Assembly (NCBI GenBank): GCA_038239115.1
Contig: JBBSFD010000015.1
Location: 1,544-65,543 of the forward strand
Length of the DNA: 64,000 nt
From: Candidatus Limnocylindrales bacterium
GTDB lineage: Bacteria > Chloroflexota > Limnocylindria > Limnocylindrales > CSP1-4
Direction of reading: 5' to 3'
Shown here: in pieces, positions 48,625 to 56,858 of the stretch
Layout: every line of letters begins with the position of its first letter
Position numbering within the stretch: position 1 is the stretch's first letter
Notes under the pieces: generated by a model
What the model was told of the DNA's origin: nothing
The model's database searches: none
The model's input: only the letters and a program-made list of their open reading frames with translations
Translations under genes and position numbers: made by a program

Positions 48625-49688
48625 TCCCATCCAGCTTGACCTGGGAGATCGCTCGGGCGGGCGGGTTCATGGCCTACGGGCTTCTGACCGCGTCGGTCGC
48701 GATCGGACTGGTCGTCAGCCTGAAGTGGCGATCGCCGCGTTGGACCCGGTTCATCACGACGGAGCTCCATCGCTTCGTGACGCTGGTTGCCCTGGTGTTT
48801 ACGGCCATCCACACATTGATGGTCGCCATCGACCCGTTCATCGGCTTCACTCCGGCCGAGGTCCTCGTCCCGTTCCTGAGCCACTATCGACCGCTCTGGA
48901 TTGCCCTGGGCATCGTTGCGACCTACCTGCTGATCGCGGTCTACCTGAGCGAGCGGGTTCGACCCTACGTCGGCTACGTCTGGTGGCGACGATTCCACGA
49001 GCTCTCGTTCGCGATCTTCGGGCTTGCCCTGGTCCATGGCATTGCCACCGGCAGCGATGTCCGAACGCCGTGGGCGATCGCGATCTACGCGGGCAGCGTC
49101 GGGCTCGTCGGTGGTCTCGTGCTCGTCCGGGCATTTCCGCCGATGGAAGAACGGGCACATCCCATTCCGGCGGCGCTTGCCATCGTCGCCATCCTGGCGG
49201 TCGGCCTATGGGCCTGGCTCGGCCCGCTCCAACCCGGCTGGAACGCGATCGCCAACGACGGCCAGGGCTCGGGTAGCGCGAGCCTGGACGCAGCCGGGGC
49301 GAGCCCGTCGGCGGGATCCAGCCAACCAACTGCGTCCCCGACCGCCGGTCCTCAACGGCAGCCATTCAGCGACGCGATCTCGGGCCAGCTCGCGCAAGCC
49401 GACGATGGCTCGGTTGCCCTGACCGCGGTCCTCAGCAAGAGCGGTGATCGCCTCACCCTCCACTTCCCGTCGGCCCATGGTGGCCGATTGGCGATCAACG
49501 GCGCGACGATGGGGCTGCTCGCGCCGAACGGCGATGCCTGCACCGGCCCGGTCCAGGGTCTCGACAACAGCGGCCTCTCGGCGACCTGCCAGGGCGCGTC
49601 GAGTGGCTCCGTCTGGTCGATCCGGATGAGCCTGACCCAGGACAGCAACGGACTCGTCAACGGCACGATCGAGGCCGACCCGCAGTAA
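48621..49688 (+). CDS. Ferric-reductase-like (MsrQ-type heme b) membrane protein with an extra C-terminal soluble domain
   Basis: WEIARAGG, LHRF..L...F.AIH and WRRFHELSF....LVHG..TGSD (four heme His); GPLQPGW followed by a beta-rich domain with two Cys. Confidence 0.8.
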   Translation: MIPSSLTWEIARAGGFMAYGLLTASVAIGLVVSLKWRSPRWTRFITTELHRFVTLVALVFTAIHTLMVAIDPFIGFTPAEVLVPFLSHYRPLWIALGIVATYLLIAVYLSERVRPYVGYVWWRRFHELSFAIFGLALVHGIATGSDVRTPWAIAIYAGSVGLVGGLVLVRAFPPMEERAHPIPAALAIVAILAVGLWAWLGPLQPGWNAIANDGQGSGSASLDAAGASPSAGSSQPTASPTAGPQRQPFSDAISGQLAQADDGSVALTAVLSKSGDRLTLHFPSAHGGRLAINGATMGLLAPNGDACTGPVQGLDNSGLSATCQGASSGSVWSIRMSLTQDSNGLVNGTIEADPQ

Positions 49689-49700
49689 CCCGGGTCGGAT

Positions 49701-51119
49701 CTATTCGCTCAGGCGCCGTTCGACGAACTGGCCGAAGCCGCGCTGGCCAACGAAGATGCTGTCACGGATGACAGCCCGGCCGCGGACGTAGACCGAGCGG
49801 ACCGCGCCGCTGACGGCTAGTCCCTCGAACGCGGTGTAGTCCGAAGTGTGATGGAGGTCGGCGGCGCGCAAGGTGCGCCGTGCGGCGGGATCGAACAGGA
49901 CCAGATCGGCGTCGCGGCCCAGTTCGAGGACGCCTTTCGAGCCGAGGCCAAAGAGCCGCGCTGGCGCGGCGGCGAGGACCTCCACCAGCCGCTCGGCGCT
50001 GATCCGACCCGTCGCGACCCCCTCCGACCAGGCCACCGCCAGGAGCGTCTCGATCCCCGGCGCGCCGTTGCTGATCTTGTCGAACGGGACGCCGGTGACC
50101 CGTTTCTCGACGGCCACCCGGTCCGGAACGTGGTCCGTGGCGACGAGGTCGAGCGTGCCGTCCTCCAGCCCCGACCACATCGCAGCGCGGTCGGCGGCCG
50201 ATCGAAGGGGCGGCGAGATCACGACCTTGGCCACCTCGGCGTCGTCGGGATTGAGATAGCGGGCGTCGGTCAAGGCCAGGTAGTGCGGGCAGGTCTCGGC
50301 CGAGGCTCGAACACCGCGCGCTTTCGCCGCCCGAACTGCCTCGAGCCCGCCCTCCGATGAAAGGTGGACGACGTGGACCGGGGCGTCTGCCTCCTCGGCG
50401 AAGCGCATCGCCCGGGCTGTCGCGATCGCCTCGGCCCGAGCCGGTCGCGAGCTGGCGTGGAAGCGTGGCGCCGTGTCGCCGCGGGCCAGAGCCGCCGCGA
50501 CCTCGGTGTCGATGATGACCGGATCCTCGCAGTGGACCTCGAGCCGGCCGCCTCGCCGGCCCATGGTCCGGATGGCCTCGCGTAGGCGGGCATCGTCGAG
50601 CCGGAAGTCGAAGACCATGAATGCCTTCGCTGTCGGCACGCCGCCATCGACGATCGCCGGCAGCTCGCCGACCGGATTGTTCATCCGGCCGCTGATCGCC
50701 AGGCTGACGGCATAGTCGACGGCCGCGTCCGCCTGGGTGACCGCCCGCCATTCGGCCAGGCCGCGCACGAGCGAGCGCTCGGCCGCCGGCGAGGAGCCGG
50801 TGCCCGGGTTGTTGAACGCCAGGAACGTGGTCGTGCCGCCGAACGCCGCCGCGACCGAATCCTGGAAGAATCGATCGGGCTCGGCGTCACTCGCGACGCG
50901 GGTATGGGTGTGCGCGTCGACCATGCCGGGCAGGACCAGCAGGCCGGTCGCATCGACAACCTCGCGAGCCTGCCCCGCCTGCCCGCCCAGATCCGGCTCG
51001 ATGGCGCTGATCCGGCCGCCGCTGACCGCCAGATCGGCTCGCCTCGAGCCGCCGGGAGTGACGATCGTGCCGCCGCGGACGAGGAGCTCGACCGCCGGGG
51101 CGAGCTCGATCTCGGTCAC
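49701..51119 (-). CDS. Cyclic amidohydrolase (dihydropyrimidinase/hydantoinase family; allantoinase by context)
   Basis: PGMVDAHTH, AAAFGGTTT, KAFM, VHCED, VHLS, ETCPHYL, SPPLR and ATDH motifs. Confidence 0.88.
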   Translation of the reverse strand: MTEIELAPAVELLVRGGTIVTPGGSRRADLAVSGGRISAIEPDLGGQAGQAREVVDATGLLVLPGMVDAHTHTRVASDAEPDRFFQDSVAAAFGGTTTFLAFNNPGTGSSPAAERSLVRGLAEWRAVTQADAAVDYAVSLAISGRMNNPVGELPAIVDGGVPTAKAFMVFDFRLDDARLREAIRTMGRRGGRLEVHCEDPVIIDTEVAAALARGDTAPRFHASSRPARAEAIATARAMRFAEEADAPVHVVHLSSEGGLEAVRAAKARGVRASAETCPHYLALTDARYLNPDDAEVAKVVISPPLRSAADRAAMWSGLEDGTLDLVATDHVPDRVAVEKRVTGVPFDKISNGAPGIETLLAVAWSEGVATGRISAERLVEVLAAAPARLFGLGSKGVLELGRDADLVLFDPAARRTLRAADLHHTSDYTAFEGLAVSGAVRSVYVRGRAVIRDSIFVGQRGFGQFVERRLSE

Positions 51120-51123
51120 CCGA

Positions 51124-51558
51124 TCAGTCGACCTCGCGGATCGAGATCGCCTGGGCGCCCTGCCACAGGCAGCGCCGGCCAACCTCGCGCAGCCGATCCG
51201 CCCAGCCCAGGTCAGTCGGGCCTTCCGGTTCGATCGAGGCGAAGTGGTTAGCGGCCAGCTGGCCGACCTTCGAGCTCGTCGTGCAGGCGCCGTAGGGGAA
51301 GAAGATCTCGCACTCGCTGATCCCGCCGGGATACATCGCGAGCTGGCCCGGCGCGGGGTGCGAGGTGTGGTTCTCGTAGTCGATCCCTGGGCGCAGGTCG
51401 CCGTACGGGATCCAGGTCGACTCGCCACTCCAGCGACAGTGGATCAGCGACGCTTCGATCGGCAGCATCCGCCGGATCGCCTCGATCGTCTTGGGCGCGG
51501 CGGGCTCCCAGCGGGCGCTAAAGTGGAGGTCGCCGACGACGATCTGGAGTCGAGCCAT
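51124..51558 (-). CDS. DUF3830 family protein (cyclophilin-like fold)
   Basis: APKT, IHCRWSGES, ENHTSHPAPG..YPGGISECEI..PYG and GQLAANHF motifs. Confidence 0.85.
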   Translation of the reverse strand: MARLQIVVGDLHFSARWEPAAPKTIEAIRRMLPIEASLIHCRWSGESTWIPYGDLRPGIDYENHTSHPAPGQLAMYPGGISECEIFFPYGACTTSSKVGQLAANHFASIEPEGPTDLGWADRLREVGRRCLWQGAQAISIREVD

Positions 51559-51572
51559 ACGCGGAGGATAGC

Positions 51573-51905
51573 GTGGCCAATCGGGCGCCGACGATCTCCA
51601 GCCACGTCCTGGACACGAGCCGCGGAGCGCCGGCGGTCGGGGTTCGGATCGACCTTTCGGTCGTTGGCGTTGACGGTCTTGAGACCGCGGTTGGGTCGTC
51701 CGTGACCGATGCCGATGGCCGGGTCGCGGACCTGCTCGGGGCCCCGCTGGTTGCCGGGCTCTACCGGCTGCGGTTCTCGGTCGGGGAGCGAAGCCCGTTC
51801 TTCGTGGGACTGGCCGTGGACATCCGCGTCGACGATGTTGGCCGGAGCTACCACGTCCCGCTGTTGCTCAGCCCGTTCGGGTTGTCGACCTACCTCGGAA
51901 GCTGA
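51573..51905 (+). CDS. uraH: 5-hydroxyisourate hydrolase (transthyretin-like)
   Basis: ISSHVLDT..G.PA.G, TDADGR and YHVPLLLSPFG.STY.GS motifs. Confidence 0.9.
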   Translation: MANRAPTISSHVLDTSRGAPAVGVRIDLSVVGVDGLETAVGSSVTDADGRVADLLGAPLVAGLYRLRFSVGERSPFFVGLAVDIRVDDVGRSYHVPLLLSPFGLSTYLGS

Positions 51906-51910
51906 CTTCG

Positions 51911-52453
51911 TTGGCCGAGCCGGCGCCCATGCCGCCGATCGAGATCCTTGACCGGCTTCCTGCCGACGACTTTGCCGCGGCGGTCGCACCTCTGTTCGAA
52001 GGCGCGCCGTCCTTCGTCGGTCGATTGGCCCAAGCCCGACCGTTCGGTTCCTATGCTGACCTCTGGCCGCAGGCATTGGCGATTGCCCTGGCCATGCCCG
52101 AAGCCGACCAGCTCGAGCTCATCAACGCCCATCCGCGCCTCGGGGCGGCGCCGGCGAGCGTGTCGGCGCTGTCGTTCCATGAGCAGGGCTATGACCGGGC
52201 CGAGGCTGAAGCAGCCGAGTCGGCCCGTGTCGCGGCCGAGCTGGCCCGCCTCAACGATGCCTACGAGGGGCGCTTCGGCTTCCGCTACTGCGTCTTCGTC
52301 AACGGCCGCTCGCGCACCAAACTGCTGCCGCACATCGCTGCGGCCCTCGATGCCGACCGCGCCTCCGAGATCACCCGTGCCCTGACCGACGTCATCGCGA
52401 TCGCCGAGGACCGGTCCCGGACCCTCGGCGCTCTTGACGGACCGCGGAGCTAG
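51911..52453 (+). CDS. uraD: OHCU decarboxylase
   Basis: LFE, ARPF.S, LINAHPRLG, S.HEQ, LNDAYE.RFGF and IAEDR motifs. Start is 51911 or 51929. Confidence 0.9.
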   Translation: MAEPAPMPPIEILDRLPADDFAAAVAPLFEGAPSFVGRLAQARPFGSYADLWPQALAIALAMPEADQLELINAHPRLGAAPASVSALSFHEQGYDRAEAEAAESARVAAELARLNDAYEGRFGFRYCVFVNGRSRTKLLPHIAAALDADRASEITRALTDVIAIAEDRSRTLGALDGPRS

Positions 52454-52790
52454 CCGCCGAACATCGACTTGATGCGGGCCCAGAGGCCTTTCGGTGTCTC
52501 GGACAGGGCTGGGGTCGCGGTTCTTACCCGCCTCCGTGCGGCGCCGTTCCTCGAGCGGCTGGACGCCGCGATGGAGCGCCGGCCAGCGGCCCCCAAGCCC
52601 GAGCCCACCCGAGCAGGCGACCTCTCGAGCGTCTGACGCCGAGTCGGCGGCCGGATTCGTCCATTCCGCCAGCCATCCCACGAGTGCCGCGTCAGGGTAC
52701 TTTCAGGATCGTTGGGCATACTTGTCGAGAAAGGGACGTTCCGACGAGCCGGCGCGTCTGCGACTCGCCCAGAGTTCACTGGAGCTCGCC

Positions 52791-53756
52791 CTGTCGACGA
52801 TCGACGTCTCATCCGACACCACGCCCAGGACCGATCCAACCGCGCTCGGAGACCCGTCCGAATCCCATGCTGCGACCGGGCGCTCGCGGGAGACGGCTGG
52901 CGCTCGAGCTCGCCGGGTCGGCCTGTTCGGTGGCGGGATCGTCGCCGCGCTGATCGCGGTGCTGCTGTACGGAGTCCTCTTCCCCGGGGCGCCCGCCCTG
53001 ACCCAGACCGACATCAACTCGAGCATCGTTTCGGCGCTCGCATCGCAAACGCCGCCGCCCGCCTACTCGGAGCAGGCCTACGCGGCGATCCAGCCGTCGC
53101 TCGTCCTGATTGAGACGCGCAACGCGCCGGCGGCTGCGTCGGGAGCGCCGGCCGCGTCCGAGGTCCCGGGTGCGTCTTCAGGGCCGGGCGCCTCGGCGGC
53201 CCCGGCCAGCCCCATCCCCAACGGCAGCCTCGGCAGCGGCGTGATCATCAACGCCAACGGCTCGATCATGACCAGCCTCCACGTCGTGTCCGGCGCGTCG
53301 GCCATCCGGGTCACGTTCGCCGACGGAACCCAATCGTCTGCCGTCATCGCGACCACCGATCCGGCCAACGACATCGCCCTGCTGACCGCGTCGGCCTTGC
53401 CCGCCCAGGTCGTCCCGGCCGTGCTCGGCAATCCCCGCGATATCCAGATCGGGACCGACGCCTACGTGGTCGGCAACCCGTTCGGCCTGACCGGGTCGAT
53501 CACCGCCGGCGTCGTCTCGGGCCTCGATCGAACGTTCCAGGAGCCTAACGGCGGCCCGCTTCTCAAGCAGCTCATCCAGGTCGACGCGGCAGTGAATCCC
53601 GGCAACTCGGGCGGACCGCTGGTGAACCGGGAGGGCCAGGTCATCGGGATCGTCACGGCCCTGATCAATCCCACGAACCAGGATGTCTTCATCGGGATCG
53701 GCCTGGCCGTTCCGATCAACGTGGCCGGCGGCGGCGCCGGCCTGCCCCAGGATTGA
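52791..53756 (+). CDS. Membrane-anchored trypsin-like (S1C) serine protease without PDZ domain
   Basis: TM anchor; LGSGVI, TSLHVV (His), NDIAL (Asp), IQVDAAVNPGNSGGPL (Ser). Start uncertain: frame is open from 52494, and a CTG at 52791 follows GGAG. Confidence 0.88.
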   Translation: MSTIDVSSDTTPRTDPTALGDPSESHAATGRSRETAGARARRVGLFGGGIVAALIAVLLYGVLFPGAPALTQTDINSSIVSALASQTPPPAYSEQAYAAIQPSLVLIETRNAPAAASGAPAASEVPGASSGPGASAAPASPIPNGSLGSGVIINANGSIMTSLHVVSGASAIRVTFADGTQSSAVIATTDPANDIALLTASALPAQVVPAVLGNPRDIQIGTDAYVVGNPFGLTGSITAGVVSGLDRTFQEPNGGPLLKQLIQVDAAVNPGNSGGPLVNREGQVIGIVTALINPTNQDVFIGIGLAVPINVAGGGAGLPQD

Positions 53757-53787
53757 ACGAGCAGCAATGATTGAGGAGGTGAGGCCC

Positions 53788-54864
53788 ATGGACGGTGAGA
53801 CGACACCCAGCGCAACGACCCAGACGCTCGAAGCGCCGCCAGCGAAGCCGACTGAGGCCAGTTCCGCGGATCTGGCCCCGACCCGGCCGATGGAGCGCGT
53901 CCTGTACGAGGTCAAGAAGATCATCGTCGGCCAGGACCAGCTGCTCGAGCGGATGGCCGTGGCCCTCCTCGCCCGCGGCCACCTTCTCGTCGAGGGCGTC
54001 CCCGGCCTGGCCAAGACGATGGCGATCAAGACCCTGGCGGCCTCGGTCGGTGGCGACTTCAAGCGGATCCAGTTCACCCCGGATCTCGTCCCTGCCGACC
54101 TCGTCGGGACCCGGATCTACAACCAGAAGACGGGCGAGTTCAGCACGTCCCTCGGGCCCGTCTTCACCAACCTGCTTCTGGCCGACGAGATCAACCGGGC
54201 GCCGGCCAAGGTCCAGAGCGCCCTCCTCGAGGTGATGCAGGAGCACCAGGTCACGATCGGCCGGGAGACCTTCAAGGTCCCCGATCCGTTCCTGGTCCTG
54301 GCGACCCAGAACCCGATCGAGACGGAAGGCACGTATGCCCTGCCCGAGGCCCAGGTCGACCGGTTCATGCTCAAGGTCCTGGTCGGCTACCCGAGCAAGA
54401 CCGAGGAGTTCGTCATCGTCGAACGGATGACCGGCCACCTCGACGCCGTCCAGCAGGTCCTCTCGACAGATGACCTGCTCGGGCTCCAGCGCCAGGCCGA
54501 CCAGGTCTATGTCGACCCGTCCCTGATCGACTACGCCGTCCGCCTCGCCCTTGCCACCCGGGCGCCCCAGAACGCCGGGATGCCCGAGCTCGAGCACTAT
54601 ATCACGTATGGGGCCAGCCCGCGGGCGTCGATCAACCTGATCCTCACGGCGCGTGCCCTGGCCTTCATGCGCGGCCGGGCCTACGCCATCCCGCAGGACG
54701 TGCTCGACATGGCCCGCGACGTCATGCGCCACCGGCTCGTCCTGTCGTTCGAGGCCCTCTCGGACGATGTCAGCGCCGACGACATCCTGACCACGATCCT
54801 CAAGCGAGTGGCGCCCCCGGCGGTGCCTACAAGGGAGCTTCCCAACGTACGTGTCAACGCCTGA
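53788..54864 (+). CDS. moxR: MoxR-family AAA+ ATPase
   Basis: EGVPGLAKT, RIQFTPDLVPAD, LADEINRAPAKVQSALLE, ATQNPIE and GASPRA motifs; GGAGGTGA Shine-Dalgarno. Confidence 0.95.
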   Translation: MDGETTPSATTQTLEAPPAKPTEASSADLAPTRPMERVLYEVKKIIVGQDQLLERMAVALLARGHLLVEGVPGLAKTMAIKTLAASVGGDFKRIQFTPDLVPADLVGTRIYNQKTGEFSTSLGPVFTNLLLADEINRAPAKVQSALLEVMQEHQVTIGRETFKVPDPFLVLATQNPIETEGTYALPEAQVDRFMLKVLVGYPSKTEEFVIVERMTGHLDAVQQVLSTDDLLGLQRQADQVYVDPSLIDYAVRLALATRAPQNAGMPELEHYITYGASPRASINLILTARALAFMRGRAYAIPQDVLDMARDVMRHRLVLSFEALSDDVSADDILTTILKRVAPPAVPTRELPNVRVNA

Positions 54865-55738
54865 ACGCATCCTCCAGCGGCTCGACTTCCAGGTCATCCG
54901 CCGGCTCGACGGCCTGCTCCAGGGCGAGTACCGGAGCCTGTTCTACGGCAATGGCGTCGACCTGGCCGACCTGCGCGAGTACCAGCCGGGTGACGACGTC
55001 CGCTACATCGACTGGAACGTCACGGCCCGGATGGACCTGCCCTACGTCCGGCAGTACACCGAGGACCGCGAGATCACGGCCTGGTTCCTGCTCGACCTGA
55101 GCCCCTCGGTGGACTTCGGCACGGTCGAGGACGATCGCCAGAAGCGGACCGTCCTCGTCGACTTCGTGACGACCCTCGCCCGGCTGCTGACCCGGCGTGG
55201 CAACCGGGTCGGGGCGATCATGTCCGGCGGGCAGGGCACGAAGACGATCCCCGCCGCGGGCGGCCGGCTCCAGGTGCTCCAGCTGGTCAAGGCGCTGATC
55301 AACGAGCCGCGTATGGCCAGCGCCCCATTCACCGACCTGGGACCGCTCCTCGACGCCGGGCGCAAGGCGATCAAGCGGCGCTCGCTCGTCTTCATCATCT
55401 CGGACTTCATCAGCCAGCCCGGCTGGGAGCGCTCGCTCAGCCTGCTCAACGGGCGCCACGAGGTGATCGCCGTCCGCCTGTCGGACCCGCGCGAGAGCCA
55501 GCTGCCGGATGTCGGCCCGGTGATCCTCGAGGACTCCGAGACCGGCGAGCGGATGTACGTCGACACCCGCGATCGGGGCTTTCGGAACCGCTTCAAGGCC
55601 GCTGGCGTGGAGCGCGAGGCCGCGATCGCCGGGGCGTTCGGCCGGGCCGGGGTGGATGCCCTGTCCCTCTCAACCGACGAGGACCTCGTCCGGGCGATCG
55701 TCCGGATGGCCAGCCTGCGCAAGCGGCGCCGGAACTAG
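54851..55738 (+). CDS. DUF58 (VWA-like) protein
   Basis: LREYQPGDDVRYIDWNVTAR, DLSPSVDFG and FIISDF motifs. Confidence 0.93.
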   Translation: MSTPERILQRLDFQVIRRLDGLLQGEYRSLFYGNGVDLADLREYQPGDDVRYIDWNVTARMDLPYVRQYTEDREITAWFLLDLSPSVDFGTVEDDRQKRTVLVDFVTTLARLLTRRGNRVGAIMSGGQGTKTIPAAGGRLQVLQLVKALINEPRMASAPFTDLGPLLDAGRKAIKRRSLVFIISDFISQPGWERSLSLLNGRHEVIAVRLSDPRESQLPDVGPVILEDSETGERMYVDTRDRGFRNRFKAAGVEREAAIAGAFGRAGVDALSLSTDEDLVRAIVRMASLRKRRRN

Positions 55739-55771
55739 GCGCCAAAGAGACGACCACGAGATGACCCTCCG

Positions 55772-56809
55772 ATGACGTTCATCTGGCCGCAGGCCCTGCT
55801 CCTGCTGATCCTCGTGCCACTGGGCATCCTTGCCTGGCGCTGGATCGACCGGCGGCAGCGCCAGAAGGTCGCGGCGTTCGGCCAGCTCGGCGGCTCGGCG
55901 GCGGTCGCAGCTTCGGGTGCGGGCTCGACCGGCTCGGGCCGCTTCGGCCGGTTCCGATGGCGCCTGCCGGCCTTCCTGTACATCGTCGGGATCAGCGTTC
56001 TGGTCTTCGCCCTGGCCCGGCCCCAGGGCACGGTGGACGTGCCGCGCCAGGAGGGCACGGTCATCCTTGCCTTCGACGTCTCGGGCAGCATGGCCGCCAC
56101 CGACCTCCTGCCCACCCGGATGGCCGCGGCCAAGGCCGCCGCGATCGACTTCGTCCAGCGCCAGCCGTCGAGCGTCGTGATCGGCGTGATCGCCTTCAGC
56201 GACTCGGGCATCTCCGTCCAGCAGCCGAGCAACGACCAGGACACGGTCGTCGCGGCGATCAACCGGCTGACCCCCCAGAAGGGCACTTCGGTGGGCCAGG
56301 GGATTGCGGCCTCGCTCAAGGCGATCCAGGTCCAGCTGGCCGGCCCGACCGTCAACTACTACAGCAACAAGTCGCCCGCGCCGACGGCCTCGCCCACGCC
56401 GGTCCCTACCGGCTACCACGCCCCGGCCGTGATCGTCCTGCTGACCGACGGCGAGAACAACGAGAACCCCGACCCGGTCACGGTCGCCCAGACCGCCGCG
56501 GACCAGGGCGTCCGGATCTACACGGTCGGCATCGGCAGCGCCGCCGGCACGAACCTCGACCTGAACGGTTTCCAGGTCCACACCGAGCTCGACGCCGCGA
56601 GCCTCCAACAGATCGCCCAGGTCACCGGCGGCACCTACTACGCGGCCGACGACGCGGCCAGCCTGAAGTCGATCTACGACAACCTCGACACCCAGCTCAT
56701 CGTCAAGGCCGAGAACATCGAGCTGACCGCCCTGTTCGCCGGCGCGGGCATCCTGTTGCTGGTCCTGGGCGGTGCCCTGTCGCTGGTCTGGCTGGGCCGG
56801 CTGCCATGA
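55772..56809 (+). CDS. Membrane VWA protein (BatA-like)
   Basis: N-terminal F.WP TM, ALARP, MIDAS DVSGSM, LLTDGEN, IYTVGIG and C-terminal TM. Confidence 0.92.
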   Translation: MTFIWPQALLLLILVPLGILAWRWIDRRQRQKVAAFGQLGGSAAVAASGAGSTGSGRFGRFRWRLPAFLYIVGISVLVFALARPQGTVDVPRQEGTVILAFDVSGSMAATDLLPTRMAAAKAAAIDFVQRQPSSVVIGVIAFSDSGISVQQPSNDQDTVVAAINRLTPQKGTSVGQGIAASLKAIQVQLAGPTVNYYSNKSPAPTASPTPVPTGYHAPAVIVLLTDGENNENPDPVTVAQTAADQGVRIYTVGIGSAAGTNLDLNGFQVHTELDAASLQQIAQVTGGTYYAADDAASLKSIYDNLDTQLIVKAENIELTALFAGAGILLLVLGGALSLVWLGRLP

Positions 56810-56858
56810 CCTCGTTCCCTGGCCGCCTCGCGGCCGCCCCGTCCGGAGCGGCGCGCTG

